Source: Promethearchaeota archaeon
GTDB taxonomy: Archaea > Asgardarchaeota > Lokiarchaeia > Sigyniarchaeales > SOKP01
Assembly: GCA_016839705.1 (NCBI GenBank)
Contig: JAEOTR010000060.1
Coordinates: forward strand, 1-64,000
DNA length: 64,000 nt
Direction of reading: 5' to 3'
Shown one piece after another: positions 40,550-50,815 of this stretch; position 1 is the first letter of the stretch; each line of letters begins with the position of its first letter. The position numbers and the translations under genes were made by a program. Under the pieces are notes generated by a model that saw only the letters and a list, made by a program, of their open reading frames with translations, did no database searches and was not told the DNA's origin.

Positions 40550-40580
40550 ACACACATTTAATATAAAGAAACAATTATAT

Positions 40581-41996
40581 GTGGTAAAGAAAATGACAGA
40601 TTATTTTAAAGCAAGGATAAATTTAGAGCCCAGTGAGGTTCCAAAGGAATGGATAAATATTGTACCCGATTTACCAACTCCTATGACTCCTTTGGTTAAC
40701 CCAATGGATGGAAAACCTGCACCACCGGAAATGGCGTTTGCAATTTTTCCCAAAGAGTGTGTGTTGCAAGAAGTATCACAAGAAAGAACAATTCCTATCC
40801 CAAATGAGTTAAGAGAGATTTATGCTAAATCTTATAGACCTACACCTCTCCATCGCGCCTTAAGGTTGGAACGGGAGTTAGGAACAGAAGGAGATGACAT
40901 TAAAATTTTTTATAAGAATGAATCAACATCTCCTACAGGATCACATAAACCAAACACTGCTATAGCTCAAGCATATTATGCCAAGAAAGACGGACTAGAA
41001 GAGCTAGTTACAGAAACAGGTGCGGGACAATGGGGTTCAGGTTTAGCATACGGGTGTAATTTATTTGACATCAAATGTACTGTGTACATGGTAAGAGCAA
41101 GTTTTACACAAAAACCAGGAAGAAAAATCTTAATGAGATGCTATAATGCTGAAGTTCATGCAAGCCCTTCGAGATTTACAGAATCAGGAAAATTATTTTT
41201 AGAAAAAGATCCAGATCATCCTGGAAGCCTAGGAATTGCAATCTCTGAAGCTATTGAACATAGTATGAGTAGTGATAAAATAAGGTATTCTTTAGGAAGT
41301 GTTGTAAATTTTGTGCTTTTACATCAAACCGTTATTGGACAAGAAGCAAAGATACAATTAAATAAAGCGGGGATCAAAGATCCTGATATAGTCATTGGTT
41401 GTATGGGAGGCGGATCTAACTTCGCTGGGTTAATGATTCCTTTCGCCAGAGACAAATTAACTGGAGCTAATTCAGAAATAGAGATCATCGGAGTAGAGCC
41501 ACGAGCCTGTCCAAGTGTTTGCAAAGGACAATATCGTTGGGATTTTGGGGATACAGCAATGAAAGGACCTATAGCAAAAATGCATACTTTAGGTCATACA
41601 TTTATTCCTAGCCCAATACATGCAGGGGGATTAAGGTATCACGGAATGGCTCCGATTGTTTCAATTTTAAACAACAATAAGGTAATCTCAGCAACAATGC
41701 ATCATCAAACGGAAGTTATAAAAGCTGGAATTCAATTTGCTAAAACGGAAGGGATTCTTCCTGCTCCTGAAACTGCTCATGCCATAAAAGAAGTCATCGA
41801 TCAAGCCATAAAAGCCAAGGAAAACAACGAAAAGAAGGTAATACTCTTTAACTTTAGCGGTCATGGATATTTTGATTTACTAGCTTATAAAGAATATATG
41901 ACAGGTGCATTAGAAGATTACGAATTACCTACTGAAAGCATTAAAAAAGCTCTAGAGTCAGAAGAAATGCCAAAAATCGATGAATCACAGTTTTAA
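40581..41996 (+). CDS. trpB2: Tryptophan synthase beta chain 2
   Basis: RPTPL.RA..LE, SPTGSHKPN (PLP lysine), TETGAGQWG, GGGSN, IHAGGLRYHG, FNFSGHG. Confidence 0.95.
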   Translation: MVKKMTDYFKARINLEPSEVPKEWINIVPDLPTPMTPLVNPMDGKPAPPEMAFAIFPKECVLQEVSQERTIPIPNELREIYAKSYRPTPLHRALRLERELGTEGDDIKIFYKNESTSPTGSHKPNTAIAQAYYAKKDGLEELVTETGAGQWGSGLAYGCNLFDIKCTVYMVRASFTQKPGRKILMRCYNAEVHASPSRFTESGKLFLEKDPDHPGSLGIAISEAIEHSMSSDKIRYSLGSVVNFVLLHQTVIGQEAKIQLNKAGIKDPDIVIGCMGGGSNFAGLMIPFARDKLTGANSEIEIIGVEPRACPSVCKGQYRWDFGDTAMKGPIAKMHTLGHTFIPSPIHAGGLRYHGMAPIVSILNNNKVISATMHHQTEVIKAGIQFAKTEGILPAPETAHAIKEVIDQAIKAKENNEKKVILFNFSGHGYFDLLAYKEYMTGALEDYELPTESIKKALESEEMPKIDESQF

Positions 41997-42099
41997 TACA
42001 ATATTTACTTTTTTTTTATTATTTTTATTAATTCTTGATATAGAGAAAATCTTAAAATTTAGGGATGCTTTAAATATTAAAATTTTATGAGTTTGGTAA

Positions 42100-43170
42100 T
42101 TGATGAATATAACTTCGGTTATAATTATATGTTTACTCTATTTTTATGGCTTATTTCTGCTTTATGTCACTTATCTGACAAAAAAGAAAGGCGATAAAGG
42201 AGCTTTCATTAATAATGCAGCAAATTCTATAGTTTTCATTATTTCAATTACAATTAATTTAATTCTAATTAACATTATAAATCCCCTCAGTGCTTATTTT
42301 GTTGCTTTTCCGTTTGATTTTTTAATGCTAGGATTTGTTATTGTATATATTCCTATTTTTTATATTCTAGTAATTAAAGAAAAGAGGAACATAAATAAAG
42401 GAAAGAGCTCAGTAGAAGAATTTACTCCTAGAACGAAAGATCTCCCATTAAAATATGATATTTATCGAAAATTAACTCATTTAATCGTTCTTGGAATAAT
42501 TTTTTTCTATTTTACTCTCGGATTTTTAATTCAAAATTTTTTCATTTATATTTTAGATTTTTTACCAAGTTTCTTTATTGGAATGTTTGATATAGGTGAT
42601 GATATAATGGTTTTTACCCAAAACTTAGTTGTTTTCTTAGTTGGTGTATCTTTAATCGGATTATTAACAGCAGACTTTACCAGAATTTTAAAACCAACGT
42701 ACTACCCTTTAAAAGCTGTAAACCAAATATTGAAGAAAAAAGAATTACATATGAGATTGGGACCTCATATCTCTATGAGCATTGGTTGTTTTTCAATAAT
42801 TCTACTTTATGGATTGTTTCAACCTATTGGTCCGCTGATAATTTGTACATCAATGGCTATGGCGGTATTTGGAGATACTTCATCTAATTTGATTGGTAGG
42901 GTAATTGGAAGGAAAAAAATCCGCGATACAAGTAAAACATATGAAGGATTAATTGCTGGAATTATTGTTGCCTTCGTCTTCGGGGTGATAGTTTTAATCT
43001 TATTGCACAATTTTTATTTGCCTAGAAATTTAGGATTAATTTTTATTCCATTAATAGGTGCTATTATTATTGGTTTGATTGATTACTTAGATCTAGAAAT
43101 TGATGATAACCTCTCTTATACTTGTGTCCTTTCGATGTTATTATTTTTTAGTGCCATTTTGCTATTCTAA
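42100..43170 (+). CDS. Dolichol/phytol kinase-like CTP-dependent membrane kinase
   Basis: RKLTH, GD....IG...G, KTYEG, IDDNL. Confidence 0.85.
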   Translation: MMNITSVIIICLLYFYGLFLLYVTYLTKKKGDKGAFINNAANSIVFIISITINLILINIINPLSAYFVAFPFDFLMLGFVIVYIPIFYILVIKEKRNINKGKSSVEEFTPRTKDLPLKYDIYRKLTHLIVLGIIFFYFTLGFLIQNFFIYILDFLPSFFIGMFDIGDDIMVFTQNLVVFLVGVSLIGLLTADFTRILKPTYYPLKAVNQILKKKELHMRLGPHISMSIGCFSIILLYGLFQPIGPLIICTSMAMAVFGDTSSNLIGRVIGRKKIRDTSKTYEGLIAGIIVAFVFGVIVLILLHNFYLPRNLGLIFIPLIGAIIIGLIDYLDLEIDDNLSYTCVLSMLLFFSAILLF

Positions 43171-43227
43171 ACCAATGTAATTAACTTCGAATTAACAAAA
43201 CCTTTTTCAATTAAGCTGATTTAAATT

Positions 43228-43740
43228 ATGAAAATGATGGAAGAAAAATTAAAAATAGTAAAAATTACCAAAGGAACCGTAATCGATCATATTGACGCGG
43301 GTTATGCTTTAACAATTCTAAATTTAACTGGTCTTGATGAGGTTAAAAATTTAATAACTATAGGAGTTAATGTCTCCTCTAAAAAATATAATACAAAAGA
43401 TATCATCAAGATCGAGAACGTTTTTTTAAATGAAACTCAAATGCAACAAATTTCAATACTCTCACCAAATGCTACTATATCTCTAATTGAAGAGAATAAT
43501 GTAATTGAAAAAAAAAAAGTAGAATTACCAAAAATAATTAAAAAACTGATACTATGTGTTAATCAAACCTGTATTTCAAATTCTGAAAAAGAACCGATCG
43601 ATACAGAATTTTTAGTTTTAGAAGAGAAACCATTAAAAATACAGTGTATCTATTGTGAACGTATTTATAAATTAGAAGAAATAGTATTTACATCCAAAGA
43701 AAAAAAGGAAAAAATTGTAAAACAGAGAATTCTCTTGTAA
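43228..43740 (+). CDS. pyrI: Aspartate carbamoyltransferase regulatory chain
   Basis: GTVIDHI.AG, KDIIKIE, C.N..C and CIYC. Confidence 0.95.
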   Translation: MKMMEEKLKIVKITKGTVIDHIDAGYALTILNLTGLDEVKNLITIGVNVSSKKYNTKDIIKIENVFLNETQMQQISILSPNATISLIEENNVIEKKKVELPKIIKKLILCVNQTCISNSEKEPIDTEFLVLEEKPLKIQCIYCERIYKLEEIVFTSKEKKEKIVKQRILL

Positions 43741-43755
43741 TGAAATTCTTAGAGC

Positions 43756-44208
43756 TTAATAGATAAATAACTCTAATATTGAAGAGAAATCCTGGATAAA
43801 AAAAAGGATAGTGTGAGTAAAAACACCACAAATCATAAACATAAAGAAAAATATACCTATCCCCGGTAAAATAATCCTTTTCCAGTTCCATTCTTCTTTA
43901 TCATATTCATATTTTAAAATGAAAAAGCTTACGATAAAAGGAAAGAGAAACCACCATATTAACATCCATAAAAATAAAAACCATCCAATTAAACCAAAAA
44001 TCAATCTTCCAATAATAGCGCTTGAAGCACCAGTTATCGCTCTTATCCAGTAAAGTTTTGTTTCTTTTTCTAATCGGAGATCTAAATCTGTTGCAGGAGT
44101 TTTTACTGCTTTTTCGCCCGTAGCGTTTTTTTTTTTATATTCTTTCTCTTTTTCCTTTATTAATTTTTGCCTTCTTTTTCTAATATCCACTTTCCTACGC
44201 TTTCCCAT
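43756..44208 (-). CDS. Three-TM protein, EMC6/Get2-like (start moved to ATG 44208)
   Basis: Basic N-terminal helix, then LYWIRAITGASSAIIG..IFGL.G and three TMs. Confidence 0.55.
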   Translation of the reverse strand: MGKRRKVDIRKRRQKLIKEKEKEYKKKNATGEKAVKTPATDLDLRLEKETKLYWIRAITGASSAIIGRLIFGLIGWFLFLWMLIWWFLFPFIVSFFILKYEYDKEEWNWKRIILPGIGIFFFMFMICGVFTHTILFFIQDFSSILELFIY

Positions 44209-44278
44209 ATTACTAATATAAATATTATTTACTATAAAAATAATTATATATCTTGATAAACTAAAAACTAGACAAATA

Positions 44279-46333
44279 ATGATGAAAATAGCTAAAGAAT
44301 TCTCTAATTTCGATGTTTTCGCCATAGTAAAAGAATTAGATACGATCCTAACAGACGGTTCGATTTCTAATATTTACGAAGTTAAAGATTTACTCATCTT
44401 AAAAATAAGTACAAATTTTGGGAAAAAAAATTTAATTATTAAAAAAGATTCTCGGATTAATTTAACTGAATTTGATTATCCGATACCAGATTATCCCAAC
44501 CAGTATATTAGAAGTTTAAGAAAGCTGCTCAAAAATAGAAGAATACTTAACGTCACTCAATATAAATTCGATAGAATTATAATAATAGAATTAACCAATA
44601 GAGAAGATGGATCATGGAAATTCATAATTGAATTGTTTAATAAAGGGAATTTTTTACTTTTAGATCAAAATAATTCCATCATTATCGCAAAAAGATATCG
44701 GAAATTTAAAGATCGAAGCATTCTTCCAAAAAAAGAGTACATTTTTCCTAAATCCAATGAAAAAGATTTCTTTACTTTAAATAAAGAAGATTTTAAAGCC
44801 TTTTTTGAAAATTCTGAAAATGAAATTGTAAGAGAAATATCAAGAAAATTAAAACTCTCTGGATTATATAGCGAGGAAATATGTTTTAGAGCAAACGTAA
44901 ACAAAAAAGAACTCGGTAAAAATCTGAACGATGATCACTTCACTAAATTATATGAATCATTTAAAAAAATAAGAAATGAAATGATGTTTGGTTTAGTTAA
45001 AGCTTATATAGTTTTTAACGAACAAGAAGATGAAGTTGCTGTTTTGCCATTCGAAATAGAGATTTTTAGAGATTACAAAAGAAAAGAATTTTCTTCCTTT
45101 AATGAAGCGGTTGATGAATTTTATTCTAAGATTGATTATGAATCAATAAAAAGCCCAAAAGATAAGAAGATTAAAAAAATGATTAAAGATCAGCAAAAAA
45201 TAATAGTAAATCAACAAGATTATCTCGAAGAACTTAAACTAAAAAAGAAGAAGTATTACGAATTAGGGGATTTTCTTTATAAAAATTTCAATAAGTTTGA
45301 AAAGTTACTTTCAGTAATACTAGATGCGAGAAATAAAGGATACCCTTGGAAAGAAATAAATGACAAATTGATAACAGCTAGGAATGAAAAATTAGATGAT
45401 GCAGAGTTTTTTGATAGAATTACCCCCTCTACAAACCAACTCTTAATTAATATAAATAATGATAAGGTAAATTTAGATTTAAGAAAATCGCTTGGAGAAA
45501 ATATAAATTTAATATATTCTAAGGGGAAAAAAGCTGAAAAGAAAATAAAAGGAACTGTTTCAGCAATCAAGAAAACCAATGATAAAATCATCAAACTTAC
45601 ACTTGAAAAGGAATCTTTGGAAATGGGGATTGATTTTCTTGTTAAAAAACCGAAGAAAAAATGGTATGAAAAATTTAGATCGTTTCACTCCTCAGAGGGA
45701 TTTCTAATTATAGGAGGGAGAGATGCTGCTACTAATGAAATTATTTTCAAGAAATATTTAGAACCTTCTGATTTAGTATTTCACACAAATTTTCCCGGTT
45801 CACCTTTGGTTGTAATTAAGAATCCTGAAAATAAAGAAATTACATCAATTACGATTAAAGAAACCGCAGAATTTGTAGCTAGTTTTTCCCGAGCTTGGAA
45901 AGAAAATTGGGGTGTGGTTGATACATTTTATGTGAATCCAGACCAAATTTCAAGATCACCCCCAACAGGGGAATATTTACAAAAAGGATCATTTATAATA
46001 ACCGGGAAAAAGAACTTTATAAAGAATGTAAAAACTGAACTTACTATTGGCTTACTTCTTGTTGAACTAAATGTAGGAGAAAGCAACCAAAATAAAGGCT
46101 ATTTTCCTACAATCATTTGTGGTCCAGAAACTGCAATCAAAAAACAAGCAAATAATACTATAACAATAGTACCCTCCAAATCTAATGGTTTAACAAAAGG
46201 AAAATTAGCTAAAGAATTAAAATCTCATTTTATTAGAGATATTGATAAAGATTTGAAGAAATGGTTAGAATTATTATCTCTAGATGAGTTATTATTATAC
46301 CTTCCGAATGGATTTTCTATGATTAAACCGTAA
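44279..46333 (+). CDS. Ribosome quality-control factor Rqc2/NEMF (NFACT)
   Basis: FDRII, IIELF..GN, KWYEKFR, GGRDA..NE, GEYL.KGSF. Confidence 0.93.
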   Translation: MMKIAKEFSNFDVFAIVKELDTILTDGSISNIYEVKDLLILKISTNFGKKNLIIKKDSRINLTEFDYPIPDYPNQYIRSLRKLLKNRRILNVTQYKFDRIIIIELTNREDGSWKFIIELFNKGNFLLLDQNNSIIIAKRYRKFKDRSILPKKEYIFPKSNEKDFFTLNKEDFKAFFENSENEIVREISRKLKLSGLYSEEICFRANVNKKELGKNLNDDHFTKLYESFKKIRNEMMFGLVKAYIVFNEQEDEVAVLPFEIEIFRDYKRKEFSSFNEAVDEFYSKIDYESIKSPKDKKIKKMIKDQQKIIVNQQDYLEELKLKKKKYYELGDFLYKNFNKFEKLLSVILDARNKGYPWKEINDKLITARNEKLDDAEFFDRITPSTNQLLININNDKVNLDLRKSLGENINLIYSKGKKAEKKIKGTVSAIKKTNDKIIKLTLEKESLEMGIDFLVKKPKKKWYEKFRSFHSSEGFLIIGGRDAATNEIIFKKYLEPSDLVFHTNFPGSPLVVIKNPENKEITSITIKETAEFVASFSRAWKENWGVVDTFYVNPDQISRSPPTGEYLQKGSFIITGKKNFIKNVKTELTIGLLLVELNVGESNQNKGYFPTIICGPETAIKKQANNTITIVPSKSNGLTKGKLAKELKSHFIRDIDKDLKKWLELLSLDELLLYLPNGFSMIKP

Positions 46334-46335
46334 AA

Positions 46336-47073
46336 TTAAGGAAAATTCTCTCTTATCTTCTTGATATTCTTATAATCATCAAATAAAATACCATCAATTC
46401 CTTGACTGATTAAGGACTTTATTTTGTTTAAAGGGTGTTCATAACTTAGAAATTCCCAAGATAGAACCAAAATTTCATTTGCATGGCATTTTTCAATGAA
46501 TTTCTCTGATACTAAATCCGACTTTAAATTTATCATATTAAATTTGAACCTTTTTTTAACCTCCAATCCCATTTTCAAAAATTCTGGTAAGGATAAACCG
46601 ATACCTTTTGTAATATTAAAGCAGATTTTAATTCGTGGATTTTCATTTTTTATCTTTAATAAAACATGCAAATGTCTTCCGCTAATAACCGTATCCTCCA
46701 ATAAATTTTTTTCTTTAATAACTTCTACAATATCATCTACCAAACCTTCTTCTTTTAAATCAATCATAAAATATGATTTACTTTTAAATTCGTTTAAAAT
46801 ATCTGTTAATAAAGGAATAGTGCTTCTATGAATAACCGTCTTAAAAGCGTTAATTTTCTTATAAGTAAAATCCTTTATGTACCCTGATCCATTAGTAGTT
46901 CTGTTTAAATTAGAATCATGGAATACTACTAACTTCCCATCTTTAGTTTTCCGAACATCAACCTCAATATAGTTTGCCCCATATTCTATAGCTTTTTTAA
47001 AAGCTAAAATCGTATTCTCATCAAAATCTCTTCTAGTTCCTCGATGTCCAATGAAAAGAAAGTTATTAATCAT
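46336..47073 (-). CDS. Glycerophosphodiester phosphodiesterase
   Basis: GHRG, ENT, EVDVRKTKDG, HD. Confidence 0.92.
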   Translation of the reverse strand: MINNFLFIGHRGTRRDFDENTILAFKKAIEYGANYIEVDVRKTKDGKLVVFHDSNLNRTTNGSGYIKDFTYKKINAFKTVIHRSTIPLLTDILNEFKSKSYFMIDLKEEGLVDDIVEVIKEKNLLEDTVISGRHLHVLLKIKNENPRIKICFNITKGIGLSLPEFLKMGLEVKKRFKFNMINLKSDLVSEKFIEKCHANEILVLSWEFLSYEHPLNKIKSLISQGIDGILFDDYKNIKKIRENFP

Positions 47074-47085
47074 TTTATTGATATA

Positions 47086-47502
47086 TTATATTTCCTGGAC
47101 CAGATATAAATAAATTAGAATTAATAAAAGTCCTAAAAAAGTAAAAATAAAAACTATGTAATTTAATATTGTCTGTCCTAAAGAAAGAATGAAAAGTAAC
47201 AGTAGTTCTTTCCAATCTAATGGTTTTCCTGCCATTTCCTTATAATTTCCAATGCTTATCATCATGAATAGGAAAAATAGGAGGATAACAATAACTTTTA
47301 TTAAAATATCTATAATATTAGAAAAGAGATTTATTCCTACAAAAATTGAAATTATTTCTAAATTAAATAAGATTGAAATTACAAAAAAGATTAAACCGAG
47401 AACACAAGAAATCACTACTGTTCTAAAGGCAAATTTATCCTCAGATATTCTTTTCGATTTTGATTTCTGGTCTTTAGTTTGAACCTTAGGGATTTTTGAC
47501 AT
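47086..47502 (-). CDS. Membrane protein
   Basis: About four TMs. Confidence 0.7.
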   Translation of the reverse strand: MSKIPKVQTKDQKSKSKRISEDKFAFRTVVISCVLGLIFFVISILFNLEIISIFVGINLFSNIIDILIKVIVILLFFLFMMISIGNYKEMAGKPLDWKELLLLFILSLGQTILNYIVFIFTFLGLLLILIYLYLVQEI

Positions 47503-47503
47503 A

Positions 47504-48304
47504 TTAAGTTCTTAATCTTTCCATTTTTTCTTTTAATTTGAATAATTTGTAGATATAATACCCAGAGAGAATTCCAATAATACTAAAAACGATGATTGAT
47601 AAAACTTTAAGGATAAGATCAATAAGTAATAGCTCTCCTATTGGGGGGTTAATTATGTTAATAATGATTATCTCACTTTTTATAATCCCATCGGGATATG
47701 AAGGTGTTTTCCCGTAAGTAATATTGAATGCGTAACTACTTTCATCCTCTAGTATTGCATCTTCTTCATATCCGTCTGCTATTGGTTGATTAATCATGAT
47801 AGAAAATTCATAAATAGAAACTTTTCCATTCAATTTCCCTGCTCCTTCACCATGATAAATAGTGTCGTTTAAAAATAAACTATTATTAATAAAATAATCA
47901 AGATAAATGAAATCGTTAGTATTTATATTTAAAAATTGAACTATTTTCGCATCGATAAAATCTTCTTGATTTTCCAAAGAACTATTGGAAATTAAAAGAC
48001 CAACAAATTCCGTGGAATTGTGAGCGCTTAATTCTAAATCAACTTGAATAGAGATAAAAAGATTTGATTTATCTTGCATAACCCATAGATCTATTGGTAA
48101 ATCTGTCAAATTGATCTGTGTTTTAAAGGCTTTTTTCCATTCACCAACAGAATCATCAATATCACCGTCAATAATCGGAGCTTTTCCATATTCCGCATCA
48201 ATTTCCTCAACAGCACCATAACTATTGATAATGAATAAAGATGAAATTAGTAAAAAATTAATTATTAAAATCCCGCTTAATATCGAATAACCTATTTTTT
48301 TCAA
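47504..48304 (-). CDS. Membrane-anchored CBM9/DOMON-like extracellular protein
   Basis: Signal peptide, APIIDG....EW, QD..NLFI, YEFSI, C-terminal TM. Confidence 0.65.
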   Translation of the reverse strand: MKKIGYSILSGILIINFLLISSLFIINSYGAVEEIDAEYGKAPIIDGDIDDSVGEWKKAFKTQINLTDLPIDLWVMQDKSNLFISIQVDLELSAHNSTEFVGLLISNSSLENQEDFIDAKIVQFLNINTNDFIYLDYFINNSLFLNDTIYHGEGAGKLNGKVSIYEFSIMINQPIADGYEEDAILEDESSYAFNITYGKTPSYPDGIIKSEIIIINIINPPIGELLLIDLILKVLSIIVFSIIGILSGYYIYKLFKLKEKMERLRT

Positions 48305-48465
48305 AATAAATAATTATTGCTTGTATAGTTTTGTTGAATATTAAAAGTGATAATTAAAATTTAATTTAATATTTTTCCTTACTTTTTTCAATAAAAATTC
48401 AATATTTAACAAAATCCAAAGTAGGAAATAAGAAAAAAATAATATGAATCTAAATTTCCTTTGAA

Positions 48466-48915
48466 TCAATTTAGATCTTTAGGTAAGAAAACAATACAAT
48501 TGAACTTATTCAAATAAGTAATGATATAATTAACCAAACGCTTAATTTCCCGTTTTGCTTCAGTTAAATTTTTGTTGTTATATTCAGCAAAACTTTTTGG
48601 GCCTATTGCGATGAGCGCACCACTTAAATCTTTTTCCCTCTTGATAAAAAGCCAAAACGGCATCATTTTTTCATTATCTTTAATAATTAGGAGCATCCAA
48701 GGATTTAGAGTCCAATCAGTTTCATCCGGACCTAAAACCTTGTCTATTGCCTTATTCGTAAGATATTTTTTAGTCATCTTTATCGATTTAACAAGAGCAT
48801 TAAAAAAACCTCGTTTTATTTTTAAATACCCCCCAAAAAAAGGTTTCGCATCAAAAAGTTCAAGTTCTTTATCTGTCCCGTCTGAAAACTTTAAAAAAAC
48901 CTTCCAAATACTCAT
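48466..48915 (-). CDS. Hypothetical protein
   Basis: 149-aa ORF overlapping the upstream gene by 4 nt. Confidence 0.7.
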   Translation of the reverse strand: MSIWKVFLKFSDGTDKELELFDAKPFFGGYLKIKRGFFNALVKSIKMTKKYLTNKAIDKVLGPDETDWTLNPWMLLIIKDNEKMMPFWLFIKREKDLSGALIAIGPKSFAEYNNKNLTEAKREIKRLVNYIITYLNKFNCIVFLPKDLN

Positions 48916-49358
48916 GATTTAGATATTTTACTGCTTTGTAATCCAACTTCTTCAATTTTTACTTTTTTAAATATATTTTTTATCTTCTCAAACGAATTTT
49001 TTAATTCCTCACTTTTTTTCTCTGAAAATCTCAAATTTAAATAACACTCATAAACTAACTGGTTCTTTAACTTTAAAAATCCTGATGTGTGAATAATTTG
49101 AAATTTTTGTAGAATTTTCGAAATTTCTTTTAAAATCTTTTTTGATAGCTTTAAACTACACAAACTAACTTTAATAACTTTATCTTTATTTATTGGATAA
49201 ATTGCTAGTTTAATCGAATTTTCAATGAAAGATTGAACAATAAGGAGATATTCACAATCATTTATACTATTAAATGAAGTGATAGGAATTTCTAAATTTG
49301 CATAAGTAAATTCATTTATTTTTTGAATGTAAGCATTTGTTATGTTTGATTTCTCCAT
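48912..49358 (-). CDS. Hypothetical protein, possible C-terminal ACT-like fold
   Basis: Beta-alpha-beta-beta-alpha-beta pattern around IIHTSG. Confidence 0.55.
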   Translation of the reverse strand: MEKSNITNAYIQKINEFTYANLEIPITSFNSINDCEYLLIVQSFIENSIKLAIYPINKDKVIKVSLCSLKLSKKILKEISKILQKFQIIHTSGFLKLKNQLVYECYLNLRFSEKKSEELKNSFEKIKNIFKKVKIEEVGLQSSKISKS

Positions 49359-49405
49359 TTTCTATTAAGCTGATATTTTTGATATTTTATTATTTTAGTC
49401 GTTTT

Positions 49406-49732
49406 TTATAAGAGTTTGTTTTCTTTTAAAGACTTAATTGTTCCAGAAGTCTTAATTGGGGATAAAATTACTCTTTTTCCATTAATTTCCTGTATGAGAG
49501 TTAAAGCAGTAATAATAATTTCTTTTGTTTCATGTGAACATCTAATAATCCCATAATTTTCCTCTAGATTGAGTTCTACTAGCCATAATCCAATTTTATT
49601 TGCACCTTTCATCCCAAAATACCTCCATATAGATTGCCATATAGTTTTTAAAATAATATTTTGATCAAAAAACAAATCTCTCTCTTTAATTATTTTAAAA
49701 TTAATATATCTCGATCTTTCATTTTTAACGAT
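49406..49732 (-). CDS. rnp2: RNase P protein Pop5/Rpp14 (extended to a probable ATC start)
   Basis: ERSRYINF lies upstream of the TTG at 49675; also FG..G, GIIRC.H, TSGTIK. Follows Rpp30. Confidence 0.88.
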   Translation of the reverse strand: MVKNERSRYINFKIIKERDLFFDQNIILKTIWQSIWRYFGMKGANKIGLWLVELNLEENYGIIRCSHETKEIIITALTLIQEINGKRVILSPIKTSGTIKSLKENKLL

Positions 49733-49745
49733 TTTATATCCCCCC

Positions 49746-50453
49746 TTATACTAATTTTACTCCTGGTTCAATTAATCCAACATTTTGATTCCTAGTTTTT
49801 TCAACTAAGATTTTGGGATTTGAAATGTAGGCTTTTTTTGCAAGATTCATTGGGATTCCTAAGAGTGAATTACATATACTTAGTAGCGCTCTAGGATGTC
49901 TAAAATTAAATATATCAGTGAAATTTCCACTTATTATAAAATTTGCCTTTAATTTTCGTGCTAATTGTATGAACTTAAATAAATTTCTAAAATTCTTAGA
50001 TTGGGCTGCCTTATTTCTAACCATAATTGGTGCTAATGAAAATTCTATAAAAGAATTATTTTGTTTTGTTAAGGAGATAACTCCTGGGGTAATTGTTTTA
50101 ATTATTTCTGGATCAGAAAAGGAAATAATATCAACCCTTGAATCTTTCGCTGATTGTAATTGAACTTCCTTATTCAAAGATTCAATAGATAATATACCTG
50201 TAAAATTACCATATTTCTTAATCTTTGCCCTAAAATTCTCAAGTTTATTTATTCTTAAATTAATTCGGAAAAAAATATTAACTTTTGAACTATTTTGCAT
50301 TTTTTTTCTAAAGTCTGAAGGAATTATTTCTATCCCATTCTTTGGTTCAAGTATAATATTCTTTATGCCTAGGTCATTACAAATATCTATTTTTTTCTCA
50401 ATCTCGTTAAAATCATTGATATTCACAGGAATTCTCGATTCAAAGTATGTCAA
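49746..50453 (-). CDS. rnp3: RNase P protein Rpp30
   Basis: RVDII, IEFSL, IISG......RHPR. Precedes Pop5. Confidence 0.85.
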   Translation of the reverse strand: MTYFESRIPVNINDFNEIEKKIDICNDLGIKNIILEPKNGIEIIPSDFRKKMQNSSKVNIFFRINLRINKLENFRAKIKKYGNFTGILSIESLNKEVQLQSAKDSRVDIISFSDPEIIKTITPGVISLTKQNNSFIEFSLAPIMVRNKAAQSKNFRNLFKFIQLARKLKANFIISGNFTDIFNFRHPRALLSICNSLLGIPMNLAKKAYISNPKILVEKTRNQNVGLIEPGVKLV

Positions 50454-50815
50454 AAAAGTAACTACCTCTCTAAGACAGCTTTATATTATTTAATCACAAA
50501 GTATTTTTTTAAAAAAAATAATTTTATTATACTAAATATTCAAAATATTAATTCCTTAAAAATGAGGGCTTTCGTAATTAAAAAATGAGATTTCCAAAAA
50601 CTTAGAATTTATCATTTTTTAATTAAGACAAAATTTTCCCTAATTGTTTGGTAATAAAGTTTATTTTAAATTTGCAATATGGATTAGTATGTCTAAAAAA
50701 TTAATACCTGGTGGCGATTTGACAGTTATATGGCTTTTGAAAGAGGGTGTTTCAAAAATTTTTGGCTTAGTTGATATAATATAATTTAATTATATTATTT
50801 AGGTGAAATTAAGAA

